From a virus: a DNA stretch of 64,000 bases. The DNA lies in the IMG/VR virus record IMGVR_UViG_3300045988_179268, positions 160,001 through 224,000 of that record. The stretch is one strand, 5' to 3'. Shown piece after piece: positions 61,747 through 64,000 of the stretch (position 1 is its first letter; each line of letters starts with the position of its first letter). The notes below the pieces were generated by a model. The model was not told the DNA's origin and searched no databases. It saw nothing but the letters and a program-made list of their open reading frames with translations. A program made the translations under genes and the position numbers.

Positions 61747-62832
61747 ATGAGCCACATCAGCAACATTGCTAACCTCAAGGCAGGTGACGTACTCTATGCG
61801 CCTAACCTCACCTATCCAACCTTCGTAAATGGCTCCATCAAGCGTAACGTCATGATGGTAGAGGCGACAGACCCAGAAAGTGACAGTATCAACCTCATTC
61901 GCGCCGATGGGGTGGTCATTAGTGCAAACCTAGCCGACAGTGAGCTACACGCCGCTGGTCATGGCTACCAGAGGTTTGCAGAACTTATCTATGCCCACTA
62001 TCAGCCAGACGGTTCTATCCGCCCATTAGGAACCGGGCTTGGCATCATGCGCCTTAGGGGGCAAATATCGGATGACACGCTGGAATGCCTATGGGACAAA
62101 GCTACCGACGCAATGAAGATGGCAGAGGATATGATGCAGAATGTTGCTCTCTGGAAGGGGATTCTCCCCTCAGAAATTAGCACCCTCGCTTCCACTGGCT
62201 ACCCTTTTATGGATAGGTCTTCACCCCATCTTCACCTCTATCCGGTAGCGGCTTTTCAGCGCCATTTTTCGGAAGGAGCGACGTTCGTCATATCTACAAG
62301 TAGTGCCGCTTCGCCGGAAACGTCTTTCATTGTGACTGTCACCAGCCGTAAGGGTAAAGTAGCGCAAATTGCCACCATTCAGGGTGCGACAGGAACGGCG
62401 ACTTATTCCCCTATGTCCTCAAAAGAACTACGTGTAGTCATTGACGGAATTAAGGTACCTGTCACTTCCATCTATCAGGTAACCCTTAAAGATGGAAGTC
62501 AGCTAGAGGAGTATGTGGAAGCATATAACCTGGAGCACGACAGGAAGCGTCAGGCGATGCAACTATGCCAAAGCGTATTCGGGGAGGAAATTAATCTTGA
62601 ACCCCTATTTAAAGGTACAAGGGGCTGGTACAATAGCAACTGGGAGACAGGTACACGCACTTATGACTACATCCAACCACACATGGGCAACCGAAGTATA
62701 ATTCCGCACATTCTTTCCATCTCAATGATGCTTCTCAAAACTGCAATCGACTACGCCGAAAGGACAATCAGCGAAGCACATGAAACTCTAACCCTTCTCC
62801 AACAAGAACACCCAGACCTATTCCAATACTAG
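61747..62832 (+). CDS. two-barrel (GD-motif) family, tandem copy 3, 361 aa
   Basis: LKAGDVLYAPN; FSEGATFVISTSS...FIVTVTSRKGK. Confidence 0.8.
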   Translation: MSHISNIANLKAGDVLYAPNLTYPTFVNGSIKRNVMMVEATDPESDSINLIRADGVVISANLADSELHAAGHGYQRFAELIYAHYQPDGSIRPLGTGLGIMRLRGQISDDTLECLWDKATDAMKMAEDMMQNVALWKGILPSEISTLASTGYPFMDRSSPHLHLYPVAAFQRHFSEGATFVISTSSAASPETSFIVTVTSRKGKVAQIATIQGATGTATYSPMSSKELRVVIDGIKVPVTSIYQVTLKDGSQLEEYVEAYNLEHDRKRQAMQLCQSVFGEEINLEPLFKGTRGWYNSNWETGTRTYDYIQPHMGNRSIIPHILSISMMLLKTAIDYAERTISEAHETLTLLQQEHPDLFQY

Positions 62833-62858
62833 CCCCCATACGAAAGGCATCCATTGCA

Positions 62859-63971
62859 ATGTTTGACGCAAAGACCAATAGTATCTACGGTAGTCACATC
62901 AAGTACACCCCCAAAGAAGACCTTAAGCCCGGTGACGTATTCTACCTGCCTGGCAGGGATTGCCCAGAGTATGTAGAAGACCTTACCACTCTCAAGGAGG
63001 ACTTCGGAGTCTTTGTCGGTACTTCGGGACATTACGGCTGTAGCGAACTAGCGAATGTAGATAAGGTTGAAGTGGCTGGCAACGGGCTTGAGGTGTTGGC
63101 TAATAAATGGGTTAAGTATCGCCTCGATAATTGGTATCGTTGCGTGTGCCCCACTGTGCCGCCAACAGATATTGCGGAACAGCTAGAAAATGCTCGAAAG
63201 CAGTACCTAGAACTTAAAGCCGTCATGAAAAAGGCTGACAACCTTAAGAAGCATGTCAAGGGCAACCTGTCTGCATTTGCGCAACAGGCAGAGCTACTTA
63301 AACCGAATTACCCCGCAGGGTCTTTGCGTCACCACAGACCTATCAGGCACTTTCACTACCTAAACAGTGTTGCTGTGGGAGAGATGCTTGTTATGAACTC
63401 TACACCAGCTAATGAAGAGGGGCTTGAATCAGCACGTAATGTTGCCATCATGGTTACTAAGAAGCGCAAGCGGAGCGTCGAGTTTATGACACTCACGGGT
63501 GTTAAGGGGTTGCATGGGGAAATTAAGCATACGCAGAAGACTGAGAAGCACGGAGTTTTGAAAGTAACCCTTGATAATGTGAGTATGTTTTGCAGGAGCA
63601 TCTACACTACGGGTATTGTGAATCGCCATGCCATCAAAGAGTACATCGACATCCTCTTGAATGAAGAAGAGCGGACTCAAAACATGCTGGATGCATACTG
63701 GAGCATGTTCCTTGATGATTCCATGCGTGACCTTGCGGCTGAGTTTATTCAGTACTGCGAGGAGAAAGAAGTTGATAACCCCTGGAAGTATCGCGAGGGT
63801 GCTAGTTTCCGACTTGCACCTGACTTTGTTGATGATGAAGAGGTCGTTTTCCATATCCTGCATGGCGCATGTGAGATGGCGACTGACATTTTCGACTGGG
63901 CATCAAAAATGCACAGAGGCGCGGAATATGCCATTGAGCGACTATTTATCCACTATCCCTCTTTGAAGTAA
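62859..63971 (+). CDS. two-barrel (GD-motif) family, tandem copy 4, 370 aa
   Basis: LKPGDVFYLPGRD; VAVGEMLVMNSTP...VAIMVTKKRKR. Confidence 0.8.
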   Translation: MFDAKTNSIYGSHIKYTPKEDLKPGDVFYLPGRDCPEYVEDLTTLKEDFGVFVGTSGHYGCSELANVDKVEVAGNGLEVLANKWVKYRLDNWYRCVCPTVPPTDIAEQLENARKQYLELKAVMKKADNLKKHVKGNLSAFAQQAELLKPNYPAGSLRHHRPIRHFHYLNSVAVGEMLVMNSTPANEEGLESARNVAIMVTKKRKRSVEFMTLTGVKGLHGEIKHTQKTEKHGVLKVTLDNVSMFCRSIYTTGIVNRHAIKEYIDILLNEEERTQNMLDAYWSMFLDDSMRDLAAEFIQYCEEKEVDNPWKYREGASFRLAPDFVDDEEVVFHILHGACEMATDIFDWASKMHRGAEYAIERLFIHYPSLK

Positions 63972-64000
63972 GCCGTATAAGCAAAGAGCTTTACAGTGTA

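Noticed and set aside
1-64000. CRISPR arrays, tRNA/tmRNA/rRNA genes, reverse transcriptase, HNH or helicase domains
   Set aside because: A visual scan found no regularly spaced repeats, no T-loop (GGTTCGAATCC-like) cloverleaf candidates and no YxDD, HNH or DEAD-box signatures. A tRNAscan, Infernal or HMM scan would be needed to be certain.

Overview
This 64-kb window is gene-dense, about 75 ORFs mostly on the + strand. It looks like accessory or mobile DNA (phage, prophage or large plasmid) of a Gram-positive actinobacterium. The host guess is an inference from the promoter motif, the lipoboxes and the T/P-rich linkers. I recognised no capsid, terminase, replication or conjugation hallmark gene, and most products are ORFans.

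The layout is cassette-like. About 35 copies of one extended -10 promoter motif (A-tract + TGTGGTACACT and variants) precede single genes or short operons. Many units end in long perfect hairpin terminators.

Recognisable products:
- three unrelated TnpB-type (IS200/IS605 OrfB, RuvC-like) genes, with no TnpA in the window
- a small serine recombinase (resolvase/invertase type)
- a P-loop kinase fused to a metallophosphatase (Pnkp-like)
- a PP2C-like phosphatase
- a BI-1/YccA-like membrane protein
- an excisionase-type HTH protein
- two lipoproteins
- many small membrane proteins

Main observations:
1. A family of three related structured RNA modules starts right at consensus promoters (1080, 40307, 42808). 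One copy is bracketed by a diverged 55-bp duplication of the neighbouring gene's 3' end.
2. One TnpB element (48094-49794) has a 103-bp internally deleted mini-copy at 13446-13548.
3. A G10 homopolymer tract splits a membrane-protein gene.
4. Paralogy is extensive: a ~390-aa two-barrel family with 7 or more copies (four in tandem), three tandem membrane paralogs, a duplicated module, and a small-TM family that includes a pseudogene.

All calls come from reading the sequence and the ORF track by eye. No database search was run.
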